From: Sminthopsis crassicaudata
Taxonomy: Eukaryota
Length of the DNA: 46,838 nucleotides
Direction: 5' to 3'
Assembly: GCF_048593235.1 (NCBI RefSeq)
Contig: NC_133620.1
Coordinates: 470,382,027 to 470,428,864 of the forward strand
Numbering within the stretch: position 1 is the first letter of the stretch; every line of letters begins with the position of its first letter. The notes under the pieces were generated by a model that did no database searches, was not told the origin of the DNA, and was given only the letters and a program-made list of their open reading frames with translations. The position numbers and the translations under genes were made by a program. Shown piece by piece: positions 10,770-21,849 of this stretch.

Positions 10770-11910
10770 ATTTTTCATCGTTTAGTCTTGTTGCCGTGTA
10801 CAATGTTCTGGCTCTGCTCACTTCTCTCAGCATCAGTCCCTGTAAGTCTCCCCAGGCCTTCTGAAACCCTCCTGCTGGTCAGGTCTGGTCAATACTTACA
10901 TCCCATAACATTCATTTATCATCACTTATTCAGCCGGTCTCCCCCGACTGATGGGCATCCCTCAGTCTCCAGTTTCTGCCCACAAACTTTCTGCACATGT
11001 GGATCCCTTTCCGCTCTTTAGTATTTCCTTGGGATATAATCCCAGTAGTAGCGCTGCTGGGTCAAAGGGTATGCACAGTTTGATAACTTTTTGGGCATAA
11101 TTCCAAATTGCTCTCCAGAATGGTTGGATTCTTTCACAACTCCACCAGCAATGTATTAGTGTCCCAGGTTTCCCACATCCCCTCCAACATTCATCATTGT
11201 TTGTTCCTGTCATCTTAGCCAATCTGACAGGTGTGTAGTGGTATCTCAGAGCTGTCTTAATTTGCATTTCTCTGATCAGTAGTGATGATTATGATTAGAA
11301 ATGGTTTCAATTTCTTCATCTGAAAATTGTCTGTTCATATCCTTTGACCATTTATCAATTGGAGAATGACTTGAATACTTGTAAATTTGAGTCAGTTCTC
11401 TACATATTTTAGAAACGAGGCCTTTATCAGAACCCTTAAATGTAAAAATGTTTTCCCAATTTGTTTCCCTTCTTTTTCTTTTTCTTTTTTTCCCCCCTGA
11501 GGCTGGGGTTAAGTGACTTGCCCAGGGTCACACAGCTAGGAAGTGTTAAGTGTCTGAGGGCACATTTGAACTCGGGTCCTCCTGAATTCAGGGCTGGTGC
11601 TCTATCCACTGCGCCCCCTAGCGGCCCCACATTTGTTTCCCTTCTAATCTTTTCTGCATTAGTTTTGTTTCTACAAAAACTTTTAACTTAATGTAATCAA
11701 ATACATCTATTTGTTGTTCAGTTATGAGTTTCAGTTCTTCTTGAGATGCAGATCTGAGAGGTAAATCCCTCCCTCCTCCACAGATCTGAGAGGCAAACTA
11801 TCCTATGTTCTTCTAATTTGCTTATAATATCACTCTTTATGTCTAAATCATGAAGCCATTCTGACCGTGTCTTGGTAAGTGGTGTTAGGTGTGGGTCAGT
11901 GCCTAGTTCT
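10770..11910 (-). mobile_element. L1 ORF2 C-terminal fragment, interrupted by a SINE
   Basis: ORF 10962-11267 reads [18 protein letters not shown]...[16 protein letters not shown], the L1 ORF2 cysteine-rich domain. Confidence 0.93.
11474..11630 (-). mobile_element. Young WSINE1-like SINE with 15-bp TSD
   Basis: Full tRNA head, T-rich tail on the plus strand, TSD atttgtttcccttct at 11459-11473 and 11631-11645. Confidence 0.92.
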
Positions 11911-11924
11911 TGAGACTGTAGAGG

Positions 11925-12125
11925 CAGAGGAGCTTGTGGCTCACTGGATATAATACGGGGCCAGTTCGAATGCAGCCTCAGATACTTCCTGGCTGTGGGA
12001 ACTTGAGCAGGACACTTGACCTCTTATTGCCTGACAAAAGGATCCAGTCCACTGGAGGAGGAAATGGCAAATCACACTAGTGTGAGAAAATCCTATGGAT
12101 AATATGATCCATGGGTCACTAAGAA
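11925..12125 (+). mobile_element. MAR1-like SINE
   Basis: cagcctcagatacttcctggctgtg head and ctggaggaggaaatggcaaatcacactagt RTE-type tail. Confidence 0.65.
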
Positions 12126-13196
12126 AAACAAAAACTACAGGTTTTTATATTATACAGGTATAGTATTATCTCGTCTGCCACCTCATTAACCCTTTCAAAT
12201 AAGGAAAGAAGTTTGACTTGTCCTTTTAAAAGTTAGCATTGATATATCTTACTTTTTCATCACTTTCCTTTCCAAATCCTCTCCCTCTTTACTCCCCAAG
12301 AATTCATGCTTTGCTAAGAGAGGAGAAAAAAAAAAGTTCAAATGTCTTGTTTTATTATTAACTTTAAAAATATAAACAGAAACATTTTACATACAAAAAA
12401 CAAGAATATACCCGACACTGTGAATTTCTATTAAATACTAAGCTGTTCTTTTTAAAAAGTATATATTAAACTCAATCATATTGACATTGTCCTAATTCAG
12501 TCTCTTTCTTTTTTAGTTGTCTTCTTCAAGACATTTAAAAACATTTGATCAATCCTTCTTCCCTCCTCTGTTACCATCTCTATCCATCCCTTTCCCCCCT
12601 CCAACTCCTCCCTACCCAAGTAAAAGTCCTCCCTTGTAACAAAGTAGTATAGTCAGGCAAAACAAATTCACCAACTTAAACCTCCACAATACATGCCCTC
12701 CTCAAATAAAGGAGTTATATAACCCACAGTTATGCTGGGTTATCATAATTCCAAGCATTGTTTGTTTTTTCTGTTTTTTTACATTTACCTGCTAGCCCTT
12801 GTATACATTGGGTTCCTAATTCAGCTTACTTTGCAAAATTTTGTATCAGACTTTTTATATATCTGGGAATTCTCAGATTTGTTATTACAACACAGAAGCA
12901 TTCCATTATATTCCCGTGTACCCAGTTACTCCCATTTGACAGGCATCCACTTGCCAACAGATGTTGTGGATGCTGACGTATTCAAAATGAGCCAAGGCAG
13001 ATGTTTTCTGATGTACATCCCTGAAGTCCACATCAGCTTCAAAAGATCTCTTTCCAGCATGAGTTCTCTGGTACATTCAAACACCCCATGGGTATCCCCT
13101 CTCAATGAAGACTTTCCCACATTTCTTACATTCAAAAGCTTTCCGATGAGTGATCTGATGAACACTAAGGTCGGTCCTCTGGCTGAAGCCTTTCTT

Positions 13197-13346
13197 TCTT
13201 TTTTTTTTTTTTTTAGACAATTGGGGTTAAGTGACTTGCCCAGGGTCACATAACTAGGAAGTGTTAAAGTGACTAAGACCAGATTTGAACCCAGGTCCTC
13301 CTGACTTCAGGGCTGGTGCTCTATTCATTGTACCACCTGGCTGCCC
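13197..13346 (-). mobile_element. WSINE1-like SINE inserted in a decayed finger, 14-bp TSD
   Basis: TSD ctgaagcctttctt at 13183-13196 and 13347-13360. Confidence 0.9.
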
Positions 13347-13689
13347 CTGAAGCCTTTCTTATTCACTATTTAAAGGCTTTTATTTGAAATTAAATGAGAT
13401 CTTTGTAAAATCATTTAGCACAGCAAGTGTCGACTGGCACATAGTAGGTGCTTAATAATAATGCTTATTCCCTTCCACTTCTCTGGTATAAATTACCTGC
13501 TGAATTCTGAGTAACCTTTCACTGAAGAGTCTCTCACATTCATTGCTGGTAAAGCTTTGATGTCATACAAGTAACATAATAAGGATCCTCTCCAGCTGAG
13601 GCCTTTCCCATGATCATTAAAAAAAAAAAAATCACCATTTTCTGTCTAATATAAGTTGCTGGTAGAAGGTGTTTCTTCTTGAGGTGGCA

Positions 13690-14100
13690 AACAACTGGAA
13701 ACAAAGTAGATAACCACTGAGGGGTTATGGTACATGGATGTAATGGAAATATTTAGGTGCTATAAGAAATGGTCAACAGAAGTACAGGAAGATCTACATG
13801 AATTGAAGCAAGGTAAAAGCAGGAAAACAGCATACAGGGACACCAAAAGGATGGAAATGGAAAGAAAACACTATCTAGACTAATTGATATAAAATTATGA
13901 CCAGCTTGGCCTTGAAGAAATGACTTCTTTACAGTAGTAGGGAACTATGAGTGCGCAATGGTTAGACTTTTCAGGGTGTTGTTTTATTTTACAGGATCAA
14001 TTTTTTTCTTTGGTATAAGGGATGGCTTTCTGGGAGGAGGCCAGGAGAAGGTGACATATTGGGAAATGTAGAAAAAAACAAAACTAGCAATAAAGTTTTT
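13690..14100 (+). mobile_element. Old LINE (L1-like) 3' fragment within the decayed finger array
   Basis: aaacaactggaaacaaagtaga...tatggtacatggatgtaatggaaat and an AATAAA-like end. Confidence 0.55.
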
Positions 14101-15022
14101 AAAAGATGTCCCCTCCAGCTAAAACCTTACTCATATTATGTTTAAATGATTTTATTATGAAGTTTCCGATGTGTAATAAGATAATTCCTCTGCCTAAAGA
14201 TTTTCTCAATCATTATATTAAATAAGCTTCTTCACAGTATGCGTTCTCTGATAGGTAATAAGTTTTGCCCCTTGGACTAACATACATATGCAAAGCGTTC
14301 CTCCCCAGGATAAGTTCTCTGGAAAGTAATAATTTTTTGATATCTTGCTGAAATATTTTTCACATTCATTACATGGAATTTCTGATGCTCAATACAGCAT
14401 AAGGTATCCCCTCCAGTAGAAGCCTTTCCCACATTCATAAGATCCAAAAGGCTCATCTCCAGTATGAATGCTTATATGTCTTCTGAGCATGGCAGGGTGA
14501 GAGGAACTTTCCTATATTCATCACATGAGAAGAGTTTTACTCCAGTATGTATTCATGGATGTACTCTGACAGTCTTAGGAATGTTAAGGACTATCCTTAA
14601 TTGTTTCCTATATTATATTCAGAGTTCTTCTCTCTAGTACGACTTTTCTAATGAATGAGAAGACTTGCTCTCTGGGTTCTCCCAGAGTTCTCTGATGGGT
14701 GATGAGGTTTTTTCCCCGTCACTGAAAATTTCCTCACATTCCCACATGCAAAGAGTTTCTCTTCAGTATAAGTTTCTCTGAGAGGCAATAAGGTTTCCCC
14801 TCTGGTTATAGTCTTCCTCATATTCATTACTTTTAAAGGGTTTCTCTTCCCTATGAACTCTTTAATGATTAATGAGGTGCCCCCTCTAGCTGAAGTTCTT
14901 CCCACAGTTTAAAGCCTTTCCTTGATAATTAATAAAGTGTTCCCTCTGGCTGAAAGCCTTCCCACACTCAGTATATTCAAAGGTTGGTTTTTTTTTCTTC
15001 TCCAGTATGAATTCTCTTATGT

Positions 15023-16968
15023 CTATTCAATCTTCCCCTGATTATTGACATAATATTCATTAAATTTAAAGGACTTCTCTGAAGTATGAGTTCTCTTGTG
15101 TATAATAAGATCTGACACTAGACTAAAATCTTTGCCACACTCATTACATTCAAGGGCGTTCTCTCCAATATGAGTTCTCTGATGAGTAATAAGGTTTCCA
15201 CTTTCTCCAAAACCTTCCCTACATTCATTGCGTTTAAAAGAATTCTCTCCAGTATAAAATCCTGGATGATTACTGATTTGTCCCCTCTGACCGAAGCTCT
15301 TCCCACACTGATCACGTTTAAAGCTCTTCTCTCCACTATGAATTCCTTGATGATTAATAAGGTGTCCCCTCTGGCTGAAGGTTTTCCCACACTCACTACA
15401 TTGAAAGGGTTTCTCTCCAGTATGAGTTCTCTGATGGGTAATAAGATTTCCCCTATGACTAAAGCCTTTCCCACATTCCTTACATGAAAAGGGTTTCTCT
15501 CCAGTATGAGTTCTTTGATGAGCAATAAGGTTTCCTCTCCGTCTAAAATCTTTCCCACATTCATTACATTTAAAGGATTTCTCTCCAGTATGAGTTCTCT
15601 GATGAGTAGTAAGGGTTCCTCTCTCCCTAAATCTTTTCCCACAGTCACTACATTTAAAGGGCTTGTCTCCAGCATGAATCGCTTCATGATAAATGAGGTG
15701 TCCCTTCTGGCTGAAGCCTTTGCCACATTCATTACATCGATAGGGTTTCTCTCCAGTGTGAATTCTCAGATGTCTGTTGAGGCTTCCCCTGCTACTGAAG
15801 GCTTTCTCACATTCATTACATTCAAAGGGTTTCTCTCCAGTGTGAGTTCTCTGATGGGTATTGAGGGTTGCCCTCTCACTGAAAGCTTTTCCACATTCAT
15901 TACATGTAAAAGGTTTCTCTCCAGTGTGAGTTCTCTGATGGCTAATGAGGCTTCCCCGCTCACTGAAAGCTTTCCCACATTCCTTACACACAAAAGGTTT
16001 CTCTCCAGTATGGGTTCTTTGGTGGGTAATAAGGCTTGCCCTCCAATTGAAGCCTTTTCCACATTCTCCACACTTAAAGCTTTTGTCTCCACTGTGAATT
16101 CTTTGATGACTGGTAAGGTGTCCCTTGCGGCTGAAAGCTTTTCCACACTCAGTACATTCAAAAGGTTTTTCTCCACTATGAATTTTCTTATGTCTGTTAA
16201 GTCTTCCCCTTATACTGAAGGATTTTCCACATTCATTACATTTAAAGGGTTTCTCCGTATTGTGAGTTCTCTGATGTATAAGGTTTGACACCAAACTAAA
16301 GCCTTTGCCATATTCATTACATTCCAAGTGTTTTCCTCTGGTATGAATTCTCTTATATTTAGTCAGGATATCAGTGTAGCTAGTTTTCCCACGTTTATTA
16401 CAATTACAACATTTCTTTCCAGTATGTATTATCCTATGTTCAGTCAGATTTGATCTTTTGCCACAGGTTCTCCCGTCCTCAATGTTTTCATGTAGTCTTT
16501 TTCCAGCATGTATTTTATGAAAGGTAATTAGATCTGAGTGGTAACTGAAGGGCTTCTTATACTTGGTATATTTAGAGAGGTTCTTCTCTAAGGAGAATAT
16601 ATTGCATATAAAGTGGCTGGGAAAAAACTTCAAGCTTTTTCCAAGTTTCTTATCTTTATGGAGATTTTTCCCCATAGTGCCTTTCCTTGGTGCAACAAAG
16701 CTTGACCCCAAAGGAAAACTTCTCCCCAATGTATTATGATGAAGAACGTGCATTTTATTAGGTCCTTTGCCATGACTAGTTACTAGTCTGGATTGTCTCC
16801 TCTGGCTATCTTTCTGGTTCTCTAAAATGACTTTAAATCTCATTTCTCTTTTCTTAAAACATGGAGGTCTATCCTTTGGCAGGCTTTTTTTATATGTTGT
16901 TCCTGGGGAAATACCTTGTATCAGACTGGAATTCTTTCTTTCATACCGGATCTCTTCGATAAAGGAAT
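15023..16968 (-). CDS. ZNF-A finger exon: spacer, 4 degenerate N-terminal fingers, 11 contiguous intact C2H2 fingers, 2 degenerate fingers, 1 more intact finger
   Basis: ORF track 15023-16999. Phase-1 acceptor ttgtttctttcag|AT TCC at 16968; TGEKP linkers. Confidence 0.95.
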
Positions 16969-17244
16969 CTGAAAGAAACAACAAATTGTCATTCCCCACT
17001 ATTTGCTAGGCTGAGGGAAAGGAATCCTCTTTACAGGAAGTTCTAGTTTCTTTGTCTTTTGTTAAAAAGAATGATGCTCAGCCTGGATCAGGGAGAACAG
17101 TGTCTTCAGGAACTGAATCTAGAATGGGTTCTATTCATCATATTGTATACTCTATTTAGTTCTCTGATGTCCCATTAAATGAAGGGCATTGATGACTTTC
17201 AGAGGATCAGAGGCAGCACAGTCTGTGCCGCAAATCTGTGGAGA

Positions 17245-17960
17245 AAGGAGAAATTTATGCCCAAAAAAACCCTAGAGAACATTATGAAATGCAAAATCTA
17301 TCATTTGGATTACATTAAATTAAAAAGGGTTTGCACAAACAAAATCAACGCAACTAAGATTAGAAGAAAGGCAGAATGTTGGGGGGAAAATGTACAACCA
17401 GTGTTTCTTTTTTTTTTTTTTATTCATTTTTCCAAATTATCCCCTCCCTCCCTCCACTCCCTCCCCCCGATGACAGGCAATCCCATACATTTTACATGTG
17501 TTACAATATAACCTAGATACAATATATGTGTGTAAATACCATTTTCTTGTTGCACATTAATTATTAGCTTCCAAAGGTATAAGTAACCTGGGTAGACAGA
17601 CAGTAGTGCTAACAATTTACATTCACTTCCCAGTGTTCCTTCTCTGGGTGTAGTTATTTCTGTCCATCATTGATCAACTGGAAGTGAGTTACAACCAGTG
17701 TTCTGATATGTCATTTCCCAAATGACAAATGGACAAAGGATATGAACACAAAATTTTCAAGTGAAGAAATTAATGTCATTTCTAGTCATATGAAAAAATG
17801 CTCTAAATCACTATTGAATACAGAAATGCATATTAAGAACCCTCTGAGATACCATCTCATACCTCTCATACTGACTAAGATGACAAGAAAAGATAATCAA
17901 TACTGGAGGTAAACTAGGTAAGCTGGGACACTAAGTTGTAAAGTGATCTAACCATTCTGG
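17245..17960 (+). mobile_element. Older L1 ORF2 fragment
   Basis: KCKIYHLDYIKLKRVCTNK and gaaaaaatgctctaaatcacta...gagataccatctcatacc are L1 ORF2 motifs. Confidence 0.8.
17406..17689 (-). mobile_element. Young 5'-truncated L1 3' end nested in the older L1, 13-bp TSD
   Basis: Poly-T start, L1 3'UTR, TSD tacaaccagtgtt at 17393-17405 and 17690-17702. Confidence 0.88.
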
Positions 17961-18701
<741 letters not shown>

Positions 18702-18705
18702 TCAC

Positions 18706-18756
18706 CTGAAAGGGGGCCATGAGGAAGCCAGGAGTCGGGCCCTGGTCGGCCTCCAT
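18706..18756 (-). CDS. ZNF-A start exon (MEADQGPTPGFLMAPFQ)
   Basis: ctcttcccag|G ATG ... CAG|gtgagt, phase 0 into KRAB-A; conserved in all three paralogs. Confidence 0.85.
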
Positions 18757-18924
18757 CCTGGGAAGAGCAGGGTCTTTGCAGGGGTGAGCTGGAGGAGAAA
18801 GAAGCTGTGAGGGGCCCAGACCCGTTCTGCTGGGGCTCCTGGACAAGCGCCCGCCAACTGCAACCCCTCTGGGAGCTCAAGAGTGCTGGAGCCTCTCACA
18901 GAGGGCGGGTCTGATGAAGAAGGT

Positions 18925-19335
18925 CCAGGGGCCTCCCCTGTCCTAGCCCCGCCCTAGAGGCCTCCCCTGTCCTAGCCCCGCCCCAGGGGCCTCCCCTGCC
19001 CTAGCCCCGCCCCAGGGGCCTGCCCTGCCCTCGCCCCGCCCCAGGGGCCTCCCCTGCACTAGCCCCGCCCCAAGGGCCTGCCCTAGCCCCGCCCCAGGGA
19101 CCTCCCCTGCACTAGCCCCACTCCCAAGGGCCTCCCCTGCCCCAGCCCCGCCCCAGGGGCCTCCCCTGCACTAGCCCCACCCCCAGGGGCCTCCCCTGCC
19201 CTAGCCCTGCCCCAAGGGCCTCCCCTGCACTAGTCCCACCCAAGCCTCCCCTGCCCTAGCCCCGCCCCAGGGGCCTCCCCTGCCCTAGCCCCACCCCCAG
19301 GGGCCTCCCCTGCCCTAGCCCTGCCCCAGGGGCTT
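18925..19335. repeat. 29-bp GC-rich minisatellite, about 14 copies (ggggcctcccctgccctagccccgcccca)
   Basis: Period 29 (18961 to 18990); G-rich on the transcribed (minus) strand. Confidence 0.95.
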
Positions 19336-19592
19336 TCCCAAGTGGGAAGGGAGCCTGGCAGAGGGGAACAGGCCCCTGGAGCTGGCACGGGGGAGACCCT
19401 GGCAGAGGGGGAGGAAGCAGGAGTCCCGAGAGCAGGCCGTCCTTCTGAGGGCAGGTGAGAGCTAAGGGCGCTGGATGGAAAAGGGGCGGGAGTTTGAGGG
19501 TCGGGCACCTGCTGTGTTCTGTGCAGGCTGTGGAGACACCGAGGGGGACAGGAAGCGATCCCGGCCTGGGGGACCGAGACGGGAAAAAATGC

Positions 19593-19596
<4 letters not shown>

Positions 19597-19642
<46 letters not shown>
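19597..19642. repeat. (CA)n microsatellite
   Basis: Perfect dinucleotide run; its paralog is the (TG)n at 44165-44212. Confidence 0.98.
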
Positions 19643-19645
<3 letters not shown>

Positions 19646-20354
19646 TACACACTGGCTGGGAAAGGAGACGCAAGTATAAGCTCTTTAGTGCTTTGTACAT
19701 TCCAGGACATTTTAACTTTTTTTGCTTGGAACCCAGCCTGTGAGTGTGTCCTTGTGCACGCAGTGGGGTGTGTGTTAACTCCTGCGAGTGTGCCAGTGCG
19801 AGTGCTGGTTAGGGTTCTTGTGAGTGTGGTGCGCACCCTCCCAATCTCCCTCAGCCTCCCCCGTCCCCTCGGCTCTTGCCCCCGCCCCTCTCAGGACGGA
19901 GCCTTCCCTTCCGCACTCTACTTCCCCCTAAGTCTACCATGGACAGCAATTCGTCCTCTCCTTAGTCCCCAGACCTAACTCCATACTATGAGGCGGAGGT
20001 AGCGGCCCTACACAAAGCTCAAGGGAAAAGGAGCAGGGGGTCTTGATGGCGGCCCAGGGAAACCCAGTGCCCCGCAAAGGGTTGAGAGTGCACAGTCAGG
20101 ACTGAAGCCAGCCCGACCCCCTTCTGCCAGCCGCTCCCACAGCAGGAGCGGAGCCAGCGCGTGCGCAATGACACAAACCGCAGGGCGGGCACCAGAAACT
20201 CGGAGATGAAGGGGCGGAGTTGAAGAAGCACGTGGCGATGACCCGCCCTCATTGCCTGGCGTAACCAGGCACGCGCACCTGAAGAGAATAGGAGGGCAGG
20301 GCTAGGGAGGCAGGAAAAGGTGCCGCGAGTGCTCCCTCAAACTTCCGCGCTCAC

Positions 20355-20460
20355 CTTGGTGACTCCGACGGAGCTGGACGCGGGGAACGAGGAGCGAGGA
20401 GTCAGTGCGGAGGGGGCGTTCTTGCTCCTTTACTCTCCGGCTCAGCGAATCAGAGGTGCA
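20355..20460 (-). other. ZNF-A putative non-coding first exon (5' end approximate)
   Basis: Donor CACCAAG|gtgagc at 20355; homologous to the ZNF-C donor CACCGAG|gtaagc at 42644. Confidence 0.6.
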
Positions 20461-20830
20461 CTCAGAGAGGCGGAAGAAATATTCCCATGATGCACTTTAC
20501 TCGGCGGGAATGTTGACAGCCTATAGTGCCGCAGACCAGCTAACCGCAAAACCTTATGGGAAGTAGAGTGCGGAAGGGGAGGCTCCGTCCTGCACGCGAA
20601 TGAGAGCCGTTGACTTAGACTACATCTCCTAGGAAGCGCTGCGGCCCTTTCTTCGGAAGCGTTGAGTCTGCGCACTGAACATTCTTTTCCTGGTGTTAAT
20701 TTCACCCGTTCTATCGTCCCTCGGTTCTCTCCTCCACAGTGACCGCTTTGTCTGGCCCTCATGTAACACATAATTGCATGATTCTGTGTCCCGCCCTCCG
20801 GCACAAGACCCCTGCAATGCCAGGTTCAGT
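20460..20830 (-). promoter_or_regulatory. ZNF-A promoter module with two ZNF143-like sites
   Basis: gactacatctcctaggaagc (20618-20637) and the reverse complement of ttatgggaagtagagt (about 20555-20570). Confidence 0.7.
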
Positions 20831-21539
20831 TGTGGAGGTAATTTTGGTTCCAGAACCGAGAAGAGCAGTCCCCTGCACTCTCAATCCTTTGTGAGGCACT
20901 GGGTCTCCCTGGGCCGCCATCAAGACCCCCTGCTCCTTTTCTCTTGAGCTTTGTGTAGGGCCGCTACCTCCGCCTCACACAGTATGCAGTTAGATCTGGG
21001 GACTAAGGATGCTGTCCATGGTAGACTTGGGAAAAGAGGTGGGGCTTGCTCAGGGCCCCTTGGGGACTTATTCCGGGGCAGCCAGAAGGGGAATCTCTCT
21101 GGGATTCAGGAAGAAGAACTCCCACTTGAACCCTGTGGCACAAGATTTCCTCCTGTCCGCGCCCAGTTCCGGGCCGAGGGAGGTTCAATGGGCGCTCCTC
21201 CGGGCCCTGGTGCAAGAGGAGCTTCACCCCTGGTTTCTGCTGCCCAGCTTTCCTGCCCTTCATGGGCTCCTGGAAAGTGCGGGGCACGTGGTCCCTAGGT
21301 TCGGGGCACAATACTGGGGGGGCCTTTCCTTCTGGTTCCATTCCTGTTTTCCTCCCCACAGTGGTCTTGCAAGTCTGGGCGCTGGCCATGGTCCTGAGTG
21401 GGTCCATGGCCTAGAACTGAGCTCTTACCCAGGGGCATGGTCAGATGGGCAGAGACTGGCTTCTCCGCAGGGATCGGGGCTGTTCTGAGGGAAGCTGGGG
21501 TGGGATTAGGATGGAGATCGGGCTGTTCTCAGGAGGGGA

Positions 21540-21800
21540 GAGGAGGACGGGTGTGTGTGTATGTGTGTATTTGTGTTTCGGAGCCTGCCTCGGTGTGTGT
21601 CCCTGGATGAGCCTCTGTGTATATCTGTGTTTGTGTGTGTGCCTGTATGTGTGCATGTTTGTGGGAGCCAGCGTGTGCATGTCTGTGTGCGTGGGTCTCT
21701 GCCTGGGCCCGCGCGTGTATGTGCGTGTACTGTACGTGTGCACGTATCTGCGTGCCTAGGTGTGCGAGCGTTCCTGTGTGTGTCCTTGTGTGTGTGTTGG
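21540..21800. repeat. Degenerate TG-rich low-complexity tract
   Basis: Imperfect (TG)n. Confidence 0.9.
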
Positions 21801-21849
21801 TAGTTTTATAAGATTTCTGTTGTTCTCTCTATCTCTGTCATCAGGGGAG

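Larger units (their letters stand above)
12960..15022 (-). pseudogene. Decayed C2H2 finger array downstream of the ZNF-A stop codon
   Basis: Repeated minus-strand remnants of gaatgtgggaaaggcttc and catactggagagaaaccc with stops and indels, e.g. KGFSQRTDLSVHQITHRKAFECKKCGK near 13100-13195. Confidence 0.85.

Noticed and set aside
11580-11630. tRNA-like A/B boxes as a tRNA gene
   Set aside because: They are the head of a SINE with a tail and TSD.
15506-16288. 260-aa ORF antisense to the ZNF-A fingers
   Set aside because: Expected shadow of the 84-bp periodic finger codons; no independent evidence of coding.
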